From NCBI RefSeq assembly GCF_009834535.1, contig NC_045696.1, positions 106,456,001-106,520,000 on the forward strand: 64,000 nt of DNA, in the 5' to 3' direction. The translations under genes and the position numbers were made by a program. This document shows positions 11,540 to 24,108 of this stretch, in pieces (position 1 is the first letter of the stretch; every line of letters starts with the position of its first letter). This DNA is from Camelus ferus (taxonomy: Eukaryota). The notes under the pieces were generated by a model. It saw only the letters and a program-made list of their open reading frames with translations, did no database searches and was not told the origin of the DNA.

Positions 11540-13800
11540 TTTCTTTATCTTTTTATTATGGAGAATTTCAAGTATATATAAAATTAGAATGCATAATGAG
11601 TGATGTCTGCACCGCTCAGCTTTAACAATTATCAATCCGTGATGACTCTTATTTTCTGCAAATCTCTTGCCAATCTCCTGAATAATCATATCATTATATC
11701 TACAGATATTTCCATGTTTCTCTAAAATACACTTCCTTTTCAAAATAACCACACTACCACCACCACCACCACCATAACACTAAAACAAAAATCAGTGATA
11801 TTTTCAAAACATCATCCAATATCTATTCAGTGTTCACATTTCCTCTATTTTCCTGTATGTGTTTAAGTCTCTTTTAATCCATAGATTTCTCTTCTCTACT
11901 CTATCCTTCCTCGCCCCCCTCCCCCTTTTATCTCTCACAATATTATTTTTTTGTTGCTGAAGAAATTTGGTTATTTGCCTTGTAGAATTCCCCCTTGTCT
12001 GGCTTTTGCCGACTGTATTACTGTGATGGTGTTTAAAGCATTCCTCTTCCCCATGAACTATCTGTAAATTTGTAGTTAGATCTAAATACTTGATCAGGTT
12101 CAACTTTTTTGATTTTTCTGTTCTTTTTTGACAAGGCACTTAGGTGGCATTGTGCACTTCCAGCAGGAGCTACATACGTCTGGTTTGCTCTTTTTATGGT
12201 ATTGGTGATGGCTTTGATGATATATCCTCAGATCATTGCCTAAATCCATCTACTGATTAGAGATTCCCAAAGTTGTGATAGTCTATCATTTCTTTGACAT
12301 TAACTAGCTGGAAAATGTCTGTAAGGAGGCATTCTCCAAATAGAACTGTCTGGTTGCCTTAAGATACAATTTATATAGGTAAGGAAGCTAAGGGTTCCTT
12401 TCCCCTTTCAAAATAATGAGACGGTTTCCTAGGATCCTCCATGGGTACTATAGGAACGCGTGCATTTAAATACACTTCACACGTTGAAATTGATGGCAGC
12501 TGTTATCCTTATTGATGCTGAAATTGTTCTGTCTTTGGCCAATGGGTGCCTCTTCCAGTTGGTTCCTGAATCCTTTTGAATGGTCTTAGTAGTCTGATAG
12601 CTTCCTTGCTATCAGGTATGAAGGGTTCCCCAGGCTTATATAGTATCTTTTATGCTTCAGACCCGAAATTAGTCATTTCTCTGGGGGAATCCTGGTTTCT
12701 TAAAAGAAAATAGTATTTAAAGACACAACCTGGGTGCGGGGGCCCCTTATTACTACTGGTCTTGTTACTACTTCTAAGCCCTTTCAGTGGACAGAGGTAG
12801 GAAATACCAGTAAGAAAATGTGTTGTAAGTTCATACTGATATTTCCCATTCAAATTCAGGACTACAGGATTTTTACTTTATTTCATTGATCTATTTGTAT
12901 CTCTTTATTTCCACACCAAGATCTTGGCTCTTAGCATCAAAATTATGTCTCAGAACAGCAAAACCAACTTTATTGTCCACAATATGAATATTGGAAACAG
13001 TTTAAAATTTATTATTGTTATTTTTTTGAGTTTTTTCGTCCTTAGGGTGTTTCCCACTAGGGGTGCCCAGTTAAATTACTGTGTTTTAAAATCACTTCAC
13101 ATAGTGAAGTTTCTCTCTGTGTTTATGCTACACAGTGGATATATAATTAGGTTTGCCTCTTCACTTTACTTTTGATTTTTAGAGATTATCTTTTTATTAT
13201 TTCATTTGCTTCATATTGCTTTTATACATTCATATTGTTTATAAATTAAAATTACATAAAATATTATATATTAGACATTTACATATGTTGAAAATATTAA
13301 TTCATTGTCATATGTGCTATTTTTGCCTTCTAATTTTGTTTACAGGTTCCTTCCTATAGAGATTTTAAATTTTTATATGTCTGACGTTTTCCTTTGTAAT
13401 TTCTGCCTTGGTGTCAGAATTAGAAAGGCTTTCTTCACTACAATATTCATACATGTTCATCCATAATTTCTGTTACTTCTGTTAAAAGATTTAAACTCTG
13501 AATACTTAATATATCTAGATTTTTTGAGGGGAGGGTGTTAGCTATGAGTTAGGAATGCTATCTATTTATTTATTTTCCGAACATCACCCAGTTGTCTCAA
13601 CATCGTTACCTGACAAGTCATGTCTTCTTCACTTTAAAAAATATCCCCTTTGTCAAATTTAAATTATTATGTGTGTTTGGGTCTTCTGAACTTTTTGTTT
13701 ATTCCATTAATCTGACAGTTCAATCACTAGTATTGCACTGTTCTTAATCATTAAAATGCATAAATTGCAAGACACAAATACCCTAATTATTTTTATCTTT
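11540..13800 (-). mobile_element. Patchwork of old L1M (MC/ME-like) fragments
   Basis: AT-rich degenerate L1 3'-region motifs such as 'ttttattatggagaatttcaagtatata', 'tccccaggcttatatagtatc...tttctctgggggaatcctggtttc'. Boundaries approximate. Confidence 0.6.
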
Positions 13801-16348
13801 CAGAATCTTATATTGGCAGTTTTTCAAAGTTGGAATTATGTCAGATTCTTATGAAGATATCCTGATCCCCATGTGTGAATGAACCGACAGACATGGATGG
13901 CTCTGACATATGCCTTCATGAACCCTAATCACAACCCTTATTTGAAATTGGGTCTTGGCAAAGCTCTGCCTTGGACCTTAGTTGGGTGTCTTTTGAACAC
14001 TTCTGAGCAGAGTGTCTCTTCTCACAAGTCTTCCTGTTCCGGATTCCCATCAGGCTGGCTATCTGTAGGGTGGGAGTGTAACCCCTGGTAGTGGGGGGTG
14101 GCAGTGAACCGTAGGTTCAATTAACAGAAAGTTTTGCAGGTGCTCCAAGGTTATCAGCTTTTGTTTTGCCAATAAGAACATAACAGAAAGAAAACATGCA
14201 ACAGTTAACACCTACTAGCTCTGTTATTTTATAAGTGATATTTTAATACCAGAATAAGAAGACTGAATAGGCACTTGACAGTGACACATAACCCTCAGTT
14301 CCTTCATTTCACCTTGAAATGAGGAGAACAAATGAAAATTTGTTTACAGACCAGCTCCGTCCAAACCTGGCATTTGGGAACCGCTGCAGTGGTTTGTCAG
14401 TATGGAGTATACTGGCTCTAAACTTCCATGACTGCATGATTCAATATGAAAAAAAAAAAAAAAGTAGTGAGTTGTATCTTCTGAAGTAATTTCAATGATG
14501 AGCTTGACTTATGCACATAGGGATGACAATGATTGGAAGTTTGTAATCGGTTTACGGCTACAACCTGAAAATGCTTTTTCCCCTCCACCTAAAAATCAGA
14601 ACCCACAATTTAGGGAGAAGAAGATGCTTTGATCTCATGGCTGGAATCCGATACTGATGTGAAACTGAGATAAACATTGAGACCATTTTCAGTTTTGGGA
14701 AATCTGAAGTGAAGTGATGTATTATAGTAAGTTGATTTACACACTGTAATCAAACTCTACTTTTCTAGGGAATCTAAGAAAAGCAAACTCTAAAGTCAGC
14801 AGAACCTCAAGTGTGGTCCTGCACTCTTTCTTCTTCCCTGCACGTGTCCCCCTGCCAGTTTCTGAGAGGAGCTACCAAGATCCACCAAGTCCTCTCTAGA
14901 CACGGGAGGAAAGGATGTGGAAGGAATCATTCGTACCTACACGCCTTGCTCTCTGTCTGTTTTCATGCCCATGGCTGTTAACAAACATTTCCTCGCCTGT
15001 CTCCCTCCTAGAGGGAATGGAGCAGGTTCAACACTAGAATAACAGCCAGAAGACGGAGCCGCCAGCCACTAACACTTGCTGAGTTCTTTAGGGAGGAGGA
15101 CGTGTGCAGACCCTTGTATCACCCGCCTGTTTCTGCAGAGAGCAGACACTCACCATCCGACAAGCGGAACTGGGCCAATTCCCAGTCAGTTACTGTGCCA
15201 GGAGTGTCTTTACACCATATGAAGATGTACCTAATGACCAGACGAGAGAGAAGAATCAAACTAGGCAAGCAAAGAAAAATATTCCCAAGGGATAGAGAGG
15301 ACTCGGAATAGAGGTCAGGGTGCGGGGTGTGAATGGGAGAACTCGAACCAGGACGAGGTAATGAGCTGAATTGTTCTGTCGCTGCAATAGCTGATCGTCG
15401 TCAGGCTCTTGTAGAAATGAAGATGCATTCCCCGCTCAGCAGAGCCTATCAGGGGTGTGGGTCAACGGCAGGGGATTGAGGGGGTGGGTCTGGAGGAGTC
15501 ATTGATTCCACAATTCTGATCAGTCAGAGATCTTACAGAGGAGATTGGTGAGAACTTGGGCCTAAAAACTGATCACTAAGGGTCCATTGAACCTCAAGAT
15601 TCAAGAGCCTTTTCTTTGCATTGGTTCAGCACGACAGTCACCCAGAGAAAGTGCTTTGAGCTCCTGACCAGAAGTGATACATTGGCTTCAAAGTGGCTCC
15701 TGCTTCTGTTTTAGTTTGTGCCAACAGGTGTCTACTGCATGATGGCACTGTGGGCTGCAAAGTGGATGGTGCCTGAGGCCTTCTCAGTGATATGTGGACT
15801 TCTCTGCAACAGATACCCAGGCTTCTTCCAGCCTGCACCACGACTCCAGGACAGGTGGGCAGGACCTGGGCAAACTGTCTTATTCAGCCAGGCAACTCCC
15901 CTAGCATTACAAAATCCCAAATCAAAACCCTTTGAGGACAGGTATAAAGCAGGGACTTGTCCTGCATTCCTGCTTACCCTCGTGTTGCCAAGGCCTAGCA
16001 GGAAGCCTTGCATGGAAGAGGCAGTCAACAAATACTGATTGGTTTCTACAACCTGTGTTCTGGAGGAGACTCACTGTCAGGAGGTTTCCCCGTTCCAGAA
16101 GTACCCAATGCACAGAGCAATCCCATGCTGCAAAGTCCTTATGACCTGGTTGCTTGCTCAGCTGCTGTACTGGTTCTTTCCTTTGTTATAGATACAGCTA
16201 ACTGATTTGCCTATACTTGCTGCATCCCAGTCCTCAGTCCATCAATTTGTTAGAGATACCCAGTCATAACTGAATCTCAGCCTTGGCTGACGTGTCTTGG
16301 AGCTGCCCTTGAACTGTCTCCTAATTCTCAACTTTCCAGCACATATGC

Positions 16349-16394
16349 ATACCACCATCACCACCACGTCCTCCACCACCATCACCACCACCAA
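16349..16394. repeat. Imperfect (CAC)n trinucleotide repeat
   Basis: accaccatcaccaccacgtcctccaccaccatcaccaccaccaac. Confidence 0.8.
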
Positions 16395-18084
16395 CATATA
16401 TTTATCCATGTAATTCTGGGGATTGTCACCCATTTGTGAGCATGGCTTCTATTGTAGACTGAGTGGAAAGAGAGCTAGGAGCCCTTCTTCATATCTTGAC
16501 AGCCACAGACCTGTTCTGAGACTTTGGGAAAGTCACATAACCTTTTGTTTTCTCACCTATGAAGTGAGGATTTTGGCAGAGACGGTCTTCTAGACTTACA
16601 GTATTCTATAATTCCATGAATGCCTTAGGCTTTCGAAATTCACTCTTACCTTTAAAAAGGTTAGTCAATTTACTAATTATAACCTGAAAGTCCTTTTGAT
16701 ATTTAAAAAATTCTCTTGCTTTCTCTTTGTTCTTTGAAAATTTAGAGCTGCCTCATTTTATAATGCCTAAAGCCTATATTTATAATCAGCATCTATTTCA
16801 TGGTTCTGAGCCATTTTTCACATAATTGTCTTTTTTTTTTTTTTTGCTTTGGAATTAGTTCTTTTGTGGTTAATGTATAGCAGAAACAAAATGACTTTTG
16901 AAAAAGCCCTTTGGGAACCATGGGGCTCACAGCTGTATCACTTGGAGCCCACAAAGCAGTGAGAGAGAACTGGGTCTCAGAAGGGAAGGCAGCCCCAGTA
17001 TGAGGGGAGAGAGAACAGAGCAGCTGAGGTTGGAGGCAGGTGATGTGCTGTAGATCTGTAGGAGATAGTGGTTTGGGGGTGGCCTGGAATAAGCCAGAAA
17101 ATGGTAGTCTGGACTCCAGAGGGGAAGGGATGAGTACACCAGGGAGCCTGGCAGAGGGTGGCAGGTCAGGGAGCACAGGGAGGGCGAGAGCTGAGGGGGT
17201 GCAGGCAGAGGTTCTGTGTGTTTGTGGGGTAATCTGGGCCCTTCAGGAAGGACAGGACCTTACCTAGGACCCACAGATGGGTAGATTTAGGTATATTTGG
17301 GTTTCATATGTAAATTCTGAGATATCTGAAAAGTTTAGGGGGATTATTGAAGCAAAGAATGGGACTTCTTAATCAAGGGCATAGGGGCTTGGAGCATCAA
17401 TATTTGGGGTGTGACCGTGTATAAAATATCACATCATTTCTACTCATCAGCTACTGTAGTCTAGGTGGCAGATGTATTTGGATTTAATATCTCATAAACA
17501 TGTATATTTCTCTCATTCCAGATTGTGGATTGAGGCATTCTCAATTCTTTAGTCACATAGGTGGGTGCCAGTTTCCCTGTAGAAGGGGTTTAAGGTGATG
17601 CTCTGACTGGGGGGCCAAGGCATTAGAATCAATGAAAATAAAAAATAAAAAGATTTGACTCTCATTCTTAAATGATAGAATATTTAGGTATAGAATACTA
17701 GGATGATGACTGTTTTCAATCATGACGTTAAAGATGTGATTCCACTGTGTCCCAGAAAAGTCTGTTATTACTCCAGATGCCATCACCTTGCAGTCAATCT
17801 GCCTTTTTTCTGGATTTAAGTTTAAGATGTTCTCTTTATTGCTGCAATTCTACCATTTCACCACAGCATTTTTAAGTCTGGACTCATTTGCTTTTTGTGT
17901 ATCTTTATTAAGATAGAGTATGATTTTAAACTGGAGGATTTATAACTTTAAAAAAAACTTAAAAAAATCAAAGTATTCTAAATATAAAGGTAAATTGGAT
18001 AATTTACTGGTTTTATGGAAGCTGATCCGGGATTTTTTTTTTTTTTCTGCATGTGATTGGCTAGTTCACCCCGCAAATAAGAGC

Positions 18085-18270
18085 AGCTGACACTGATGGA
18101 ACACTTATTGTGCGGTAAGTACCTTAGTGCGGGATACTGTTATCCCCCCATTTTACAGGAATGGAGTACTGAGGTTCGGATAGGTTCAAGGTCACGTGAC
18201 TGCACATGGTAGAGGTAGGGTTTGAATGCAGGGCAATTTGCTTTAGCAACTACTGTTTTTCACTACCTTG
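18085..18270 (-). mobile_element. MIR SINE
   Basis: 'atcccccattttacaggaatggagtactgaggttcggataggtt...aaggtcac' MIR core. Confidence 0.7.
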
Positions 18271-18519
18271 CTATACTTCCTGTTGATATTAGCCTAAAGT
18301 TTTTAAACCTTTAGTCTGCTCATTTTTCTTTAAAAAATTTTATTTTATTGTATTTGGGGAGGCTCTTAGGGGGCTAACGGAGATTACTTGAAGAGGACAA
18401 AGGCCCCCACTCATAACCAGGTTCTCCTGTCTTCAGGTTTGAAGCTACTTTCTCAAGCATGTTTCTGCTCATCTTTCCCACGAACCCTATTCCTCTACCT
18501 CAGAAAGATGCGCCCCTGC

Positions 18520-20117
18520 CCAGGGACCCTCTAGGGTGTGCAGGGCCCTGAGCAAATATTTTTCATAAAATTGTCTATATAAACCATTTTGACTAAGACA
18601 AATAATTGCAATTAACTTAAAATTTAAATTAAGTTAATTTTGAAGAATTTAAAATCCATGGGCTCGTGTGATAGAGTGATTGATTGTTGGCAATAGAGAA
18701 AAAAGGGTGGAGAAGAAGCACTTACGGATTTGTTTATTGTCCAGTTGGTGCATGGGAAGACTGTAGACATCACACCCTGTTCAGGTCCAGGAATTATCTC
18801 TTCATGTTCTTCACTGTCAAATGCACCATTCCTGGCTAATTTCATACCCCTCATTATGAGGAAATGTGGTAATGTTATTGCCCCCATTGCTGTGGTTGTT
18901 TGTACTGAAACAAAATAGATCTGCTTGTACCTGCAATTCCCTGATCCCTGTTATTTAAAGCTGGTGACATCGTTGTTTACGAGGCTGCATCTGCCTCATG
19001 ACACCTGTGAGTCCTGGTGTCCAATGACCCTCTCCAATGCTGTGGTGCCTCGTTGTTGGTGAGCACAAATACAGACCTCATTTGCAGTATACAAGAAAAT
19101 GAGAAAGATTAACTTTCTGGTCTTGTTACCTTTACCATTTGGAATTTTATAACATGAAGGTAGAACCCATCTTCCGATCATGTCTCCTCTTGAAATTTTT
19201 AGGCTTTAGTCACTGCCTTCCTAGAATGTGGTCTCTCTCTGTAACCAAGCAGGACTTTATGGGGCCTTCCCAGGACAGACCCCTCCCCTATGTCCTCTGC
19301 TGTAGCTCCTCTGTGAAGTACCCAGGTAATAGTATCTCATTTCTAGTTCCTGAGTTTTTAAAAACCACCACCAAATGGAAGAAATTAATTACTTGATGAC
19401 CAAGGGCAATGTAGCCCCCAGACTTTCTAGTGTCTAAGGGCTGCTCACCATCACTGTCAACCAATCAGAGAATTGTGCACAGCTGATCAAACCCTGGGAT
19501 GCCCCTCCCTCAGCCAGCCTTTAAAAATGCTCAGCTGAAACCCTTCAGGAAGTTCGGGGTTTTTGGGGGGGGCATGAGCCACCTGCTCTCTTTGCTTGGC
19601 CCTGCAATAAACCTGCTCCAAACTCCGATGTTTCGGTTTGTTTGGCCTTATTGTGTGCTGGGCACACGAACTTGCGTTTGGTAACATTTCAATATTGACA
19701 CACTTTTGCCTGCAGGGAGGCTGGGAGTGGCGTGAGAAGAGCATGGTATTCTGCAAGGCATGTCCCTCTGTCCTCTGTGGTGGCTAAGGACTGGCCCTGG
19801 GGAGGACAATGTTGCCACATCAATTGGCGGCAAGAGAGGATGTCCATTAAAGGACTCGCCAGTGCTGCAAAGTAACAGTTTCAAGAGGCCCCGGGGGATG
19901 TAGGTGAGACACCTCGAGGACTGCTGGACACTTGGCATGGATCCTGTGAGGGCCTGAGAGGCTTCTCTGGGTGCCAGCAGCAGGAGAAAACGTAGCGTCC
20001 ACACCTGCTGCTCCCTGATGGCGTAGGTAGAATGTGGAGGGATGAGGACTGATGCATGAGCCCTGAACTAATTCTGGGAAAAACGTGTCACCCCAAATCA
20101 GCGTGTTAACACCATTT
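18520..20117. mobile_element. Possible ancient hAT-Tip100 (Zaphod-like) DNA transposon relic, interrupted by an LTR
   Basis: Begins 'cagggaccctctagggtgtgcagggccctgagcaaatattttt', resembling Tip100-type termini from memory; extent uncertain. Confidence 0.3.
19240..19686 (+). mobile_element. ERV1-class solo LTR
   Basis: TGTAACC...GGTAACA termini; CCAAT box near 19461; TATA-like tttaaaa near 19520; AATAAA near 19606; 4-bp flanks tctc/tttc. Confidence 0.85.
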
Positions 20118-20494
20118 TAGGGGCCCAATCTTTCCCCCCTTTTTTCAATTTTATTAGGCAGAATTATTACAGTTTGACTGCACATATACATTATATTGCA
20201 TGTAAATACCTGTAAATAATATACAGCACATATTTTTTTAGTTTACGTATGTGTACTGATCATTGTTTCTAAGAACAGTTTAGAGCTTTAGCTTTTTAAA
20301 CTTATATAGTTATTAAAGGAATAAAGCCAACCACAAAATAAGAATGAACAGAATGAGGTAATCCAATTGTAAAGGACAGTGAAATGTACTTACACATATT
20401 CAATAAATCAGTCATCTAAGTTATAAGTAATAAGTAGTTCATTTGTGTCCTTGCTTTTTAATTTAATTTTACTTTTATATAGGGGCCCAATCTT
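20118..20494 (-). pseudogene. Retroposed non-coding fragment of unknown source with a 15-bp TSD
   Basis: Exact direct repeats TAGGGGCCCAATCTT at 20118-20132 and 20480-20494. The minus strand has AATAAA just before a decayed A/G tail. Confidence 0.6.
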
Positions 20495-21433
20495 GGATGA
20501 TCTTCCAGAGAAATATTGTACTAAATAAGAAGAGGGGTTTACTGGCTCAGCCACTGAAACTGGTGGCACGTAGGCATGTGTCCCAGAGCTCTTTAGGGCA
20601 TCTGAGCAATCCCACATTCAGAGTGGAGAATCAGTGCTGAGAAAGGAAGAAACAGGTACTGAGTTCTGTGTCCCAGTCTGTGCTTGAGGTGCCTTCTCAG
20701 TCGGCACTGCTGGCCTCAGCCAGTTCTAGGGCCTGGAGGGGGACTCTGGAAATTTCCAAGAAGGCACTTGAAAGAGCAGACCCCCACGAGGCCTGGGGCC
20801 CCTTTCCTGCCCAGGTCAAGCGTGTATTGCTCCTGCTCCTCTCCTCACTCAGGTGCCCACATCTCCAGGTGCACGTGTAGAGCTGAGCTCTGGTCCTCTG
20901 CACACGGACACGGGAGGAGACGATAGGCCGTGGTGAGTTCTTGTTTGGTGAGTGAGGGTAGATGTGGGTCCTCTGACTTACGTCTTCCATTTGGGGTAGT
21001 CACTTCTTTTACCAGTGGATCAATGAAAGGAAATACTGTCACAAAAAGAAACATTTATTTTGTTCTTGACATACAGCCTGAATCTGCACTGAGGACAGGG
21101 CGTTTCTCCCATCTTGCGGAGTCTGCCCTGACCTTGGCCTCAACAGGGCTCTATTCTTGGATGGAGGAGCTTTACTTTCTTGCTTCACCTGGAAACCTTC
21201 CACTAAATGTTTGCTCTTTGCTTACCTGAGGGAGGCCTCCTGCCTTGGATAAGCTCTCAAAGCTGGAGATACCACCTAGTGAGCATGAATGTCTGTGTAC
21301 GTGGTGTTTTGGGGGCTGTTGTGGGTGTTATTGTTTTGTCTTTTGCCAATTATTCTTGTGACATAAAATATATTTTTAAAAAAATTTAGGTGTGTTTCAT
21401 GGTACAGTAGGTGCTGGATTCCTAACTTAACAG

Positions 21434-22007
21434 TGAGGCGGGAAGCCCCATAAAAAGACCAGCAGGACCCCTATGCAAGGCTGCTGCTCTCCTCTTCGCA
21501 CCGTCCAATTCCCTGGCCCAGAGGCTCTATCTCACTTTTTGCCTCTAAAGCGGCTAACTTACACCTAGAATTCTATTGGCTCCCTGAGCTCACTCTCCTT
21601 CACTCCTGATTGGTTATTACTCTGACTTCTGATTGGTTATTACTTTCACTTCTGATTGGTTATTACTCTCACTTCTGATTGGTTATTACTCTCACTTCTG
21701 ATTGGTCCACTTCCCTAACTTCTGATTTGTCCATTTGTAGTACTTCATTTGCATGGAATGCACTCCTGATTGGTTTATTTCTACAAAGCTTGTTCCTGGT
21801 TGGTCAACTTCTGTTGTACTTTATTTGCATACGATGTTGCGAAGTGTAAAACTGGCAGCCTATAAAAGGCCTGTATAAAGCTACAGACGGGGTTCAGAGT
21901 TTGAAGTGTTAACTTTTCTGGGCCGGTTGGTGTCCGCGTCCTGCTTGGTCTCTCACCTGGATCCAGGATGCTGTCACAACTGAGCTGTAGCACATTTTCC
22001 CGCAACA
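21434..22007 (+). mobile_element. ERV1-class solo LTR with a tandem CCAAT-box array
   Basis: TGAGGCGGGAA...TTCCCGCAACA inverted termini; perfect 4-bp TSD ACAG (21430-21433 and 22008-22011); TATAAAAG at 21861. Confidence 0.9.
21600..21735. repeat. 23-bp minisatellite (CTTCTGATTGGTTATTACTCTCA), about 5.5 units
   Basis: CTGATTGG begins at 21606, 21629, 21652, 21675 and 21698; degenerate copy at 21722. Confidence 0.95.
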
Positions 22008-22093
22008 ACAGAGGAAGAAATGAATGTCCTGAGTGACTTGATGCAACTAAGGTCCACGGTAAGGATCTCCAACCTGGAATCACACGTTGGGAC

Positions 22094-22527
22094 TGTGGAC
22101 TGAAGAAAAATGCACAGTCTAAAAGTTGCAGGTTACGTTCTTCTCGGGGACCTTACTGAGGACTATAGTCTGGTAAGGCAGCCTCTCACACATGTCAGAG
22201 GAACAGTTCCAAAGAGGTAAGGGAGGAGCCAGGCTATATGGAAGTTTTCTTGTTGAAAAAAAAACACGTATTTGAACATCAAAAGATTTTTGCTAGTCAC
22301 ACACAAAAAAGACATCTCAAGTTAATGATTTTAGTGCTTTTTGAAGATGCAAGAATCTGGGCTCATTGAAATCATTTCTCAGATTTGCATCTTAATTATC
22401 TAAGGCCAGTATCCTATTTTTCTCCATCCAGAATTCCTGTCACAAAGCACCACATTGGGCGCGGCTATGGTGGCTGATGGCTTGAAGGCAGGAAGAATTT
22501 CCTTGTTTCCTAGAGTGCCAGGCAACT
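22094..22527 (-). mobile_element. MER41-like (ERV1) solo LTR, copy 1
   Basis: Collinear similarity with 26621-27194 (gactgaa..aaaagttg..cttactgaggact..gaacatcaaaagatt..tctgggctcattgaaatcatt..gctgatggcttga). Family name from memory. Confidence 0.75.
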
Positions 22528-22859
22528 CGGTGCTGGGACCACACCCAGGACCACACCGGGAGCACACCCTGGTAAGCCTGGTTGGCTTCTGACGCTTCTC
22601 AAGCCCTCATGCGATGGTGCTGCCACAGGGTTCTCCAAACCCCCAGGAAAGTAAGGCGCATCTTTGTGGGGTATCAATTTTATTTAACTGTCTGAGGGGA
22701 TAAACGTTAAGCATTTTAACAGGTAAATAACTTTAACCCTTAAAACATTACAACAAATACAGATATATTATGAAGCAGAATGCAACGTGCACAAGACTCC
22801 CTACCTAGAGCTGGGATTGAGATGGCCCCTTCAGGCTTCCCAAGGCCGAGTTTCTCTTG

Positions 22860-22985
22860 TTTTCTTTTTTTATGTTTAAAAAATTATTTTGAGATAAAAT
22901 TCGTGTAACATAATGGTCACCACTTTAAAGTGTACAACTCAGTAGTTTTTAGTATATTCACAATGTTGTGCAACCATCCCCACTG
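22860..22985 (-). mobile_element. Old L1 3' end
   Basis: 'ttttgagataaaattcgtgtaacataa...tttaaagtgtacaactcagtagtttttagtatattcacaatgttgtgcaaccatc'. Confidence 0.75.
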
Positions 22986-23009
22986 TTGCCCTCTTTTCTA
23001 GTTGTATAA

Positions 23010-23116
23010 GTTTTTTAAAAATTTTATGAAAAAAATTTTAATGGGAGTATTGGGGATTGAACCCAGGATCTCATGCATGCTAAGCACACACTCTACCACT
23101 GAGCTATGCCCTCCCC
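23010..23116 (-). mobile_element. Vic-1-type tRNA-derived SINE
   Basis: Reverse strand GGGGAGGGCATAGCTCAGTGGTAGAGTG...GGGTTCAATCCCCA (Pol III A and B boxes) plus an A-rich tail. Confidence 0.88.
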
Positions 23117-23974
23117 TTCCACTATTAATTACCCTCTTATTAAAGAGGTCCTTTTATGAAAGAATTTGGGATGCTGCCTGCCTGACACTCTGCTACCAGA
23201 GTAGAATTCACAGCATCAGGGACAGGAGGTGAGGAAGAATTCTTTTTGGTGTCATGGGGATGCATTTTCAGTTCCTGTCAAGTCCTTCCAGTGGGGATGC
23301 ATTTTCAATTCCCGTCAAGTCCTTCCACCCTAGCAAACCTCTCTGGGAGGCAGCTCGTTCCGTGAGTATCCCTGCTGTGCTGTGGATGGAAGGTCACTAG
23401 AAGAAACAAGGATGGAGTCTCCCTGCCATGGAAATGACTGAATCATAAAGGACTAAACAGTTTAGAAACTGTGAAGATTCCTGAGAGAATAGTAGGGGCT
23501 GGTCTTGCTTCTAATTAGGTTTCAATGCAGAGACAGGTGTCCTGTCAATTCCCTCATTCAGGGATGCCTTTGGTGTGGCTTTAGCAAACAAAGTCAGCAT
23601 TCCCGGGTGATCCAATGTGAGTTTGTGTCTTTCTGTAAAGATTTGAGGCAGGGATTCCAGGCAGTTTAGATAATGGCCGCCTTCTCACTGAAGATGCCCG
23701 TGGTTATTCCAGGGGGCCAGGATTGTGGTTATGTTGTTTATCACTTTTCATGCAAACTCACGAATGGGTTGCAACAATGGGGAGTCTGTTTGGCATTCCT
23801 GGCTAGTATCTCCACTGCATGAGGACACGGAAGTGGGAAAGCCAGTCTCTGAACCTGCCTCTGATTTGGGATTTTCTCTTCTTAAAGATTTTCCAGAGAT
23901 TTTTTTTTTTTTAAAAGAATTTTTATTGAGAGCAAGAGCCATACCATAGGACTGTTTCTTAGTGTTTCTGGAAG

Positions 23975-24108
23975 ATTTTTTTTTTTGTACTTTTTTTATT
24001 GAAGATTTTTTTTTAAAATTTTTATAGTCAGTTTACAATGTTGTGTCAATTTCTGGTGTACAGCACATTGCTTCAGTCATACGTGAACATACATATATTC
24101 GTTTTCGT
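23975..24108 (-). mobile_element. Short L1 3' end
   Basis: T-tracts plus 'tatagtcagtttacaatgttgtgtcaatttctggtgtacagcac', the same terminus as the other young L1 copies. Confidence 0.8.

Noticed and set aside
21600..21735. CRISPR-like regular repeat
   Set aside because: Head-to-tail 23-bp units with no unique spacers, inside a mammalian LTR.
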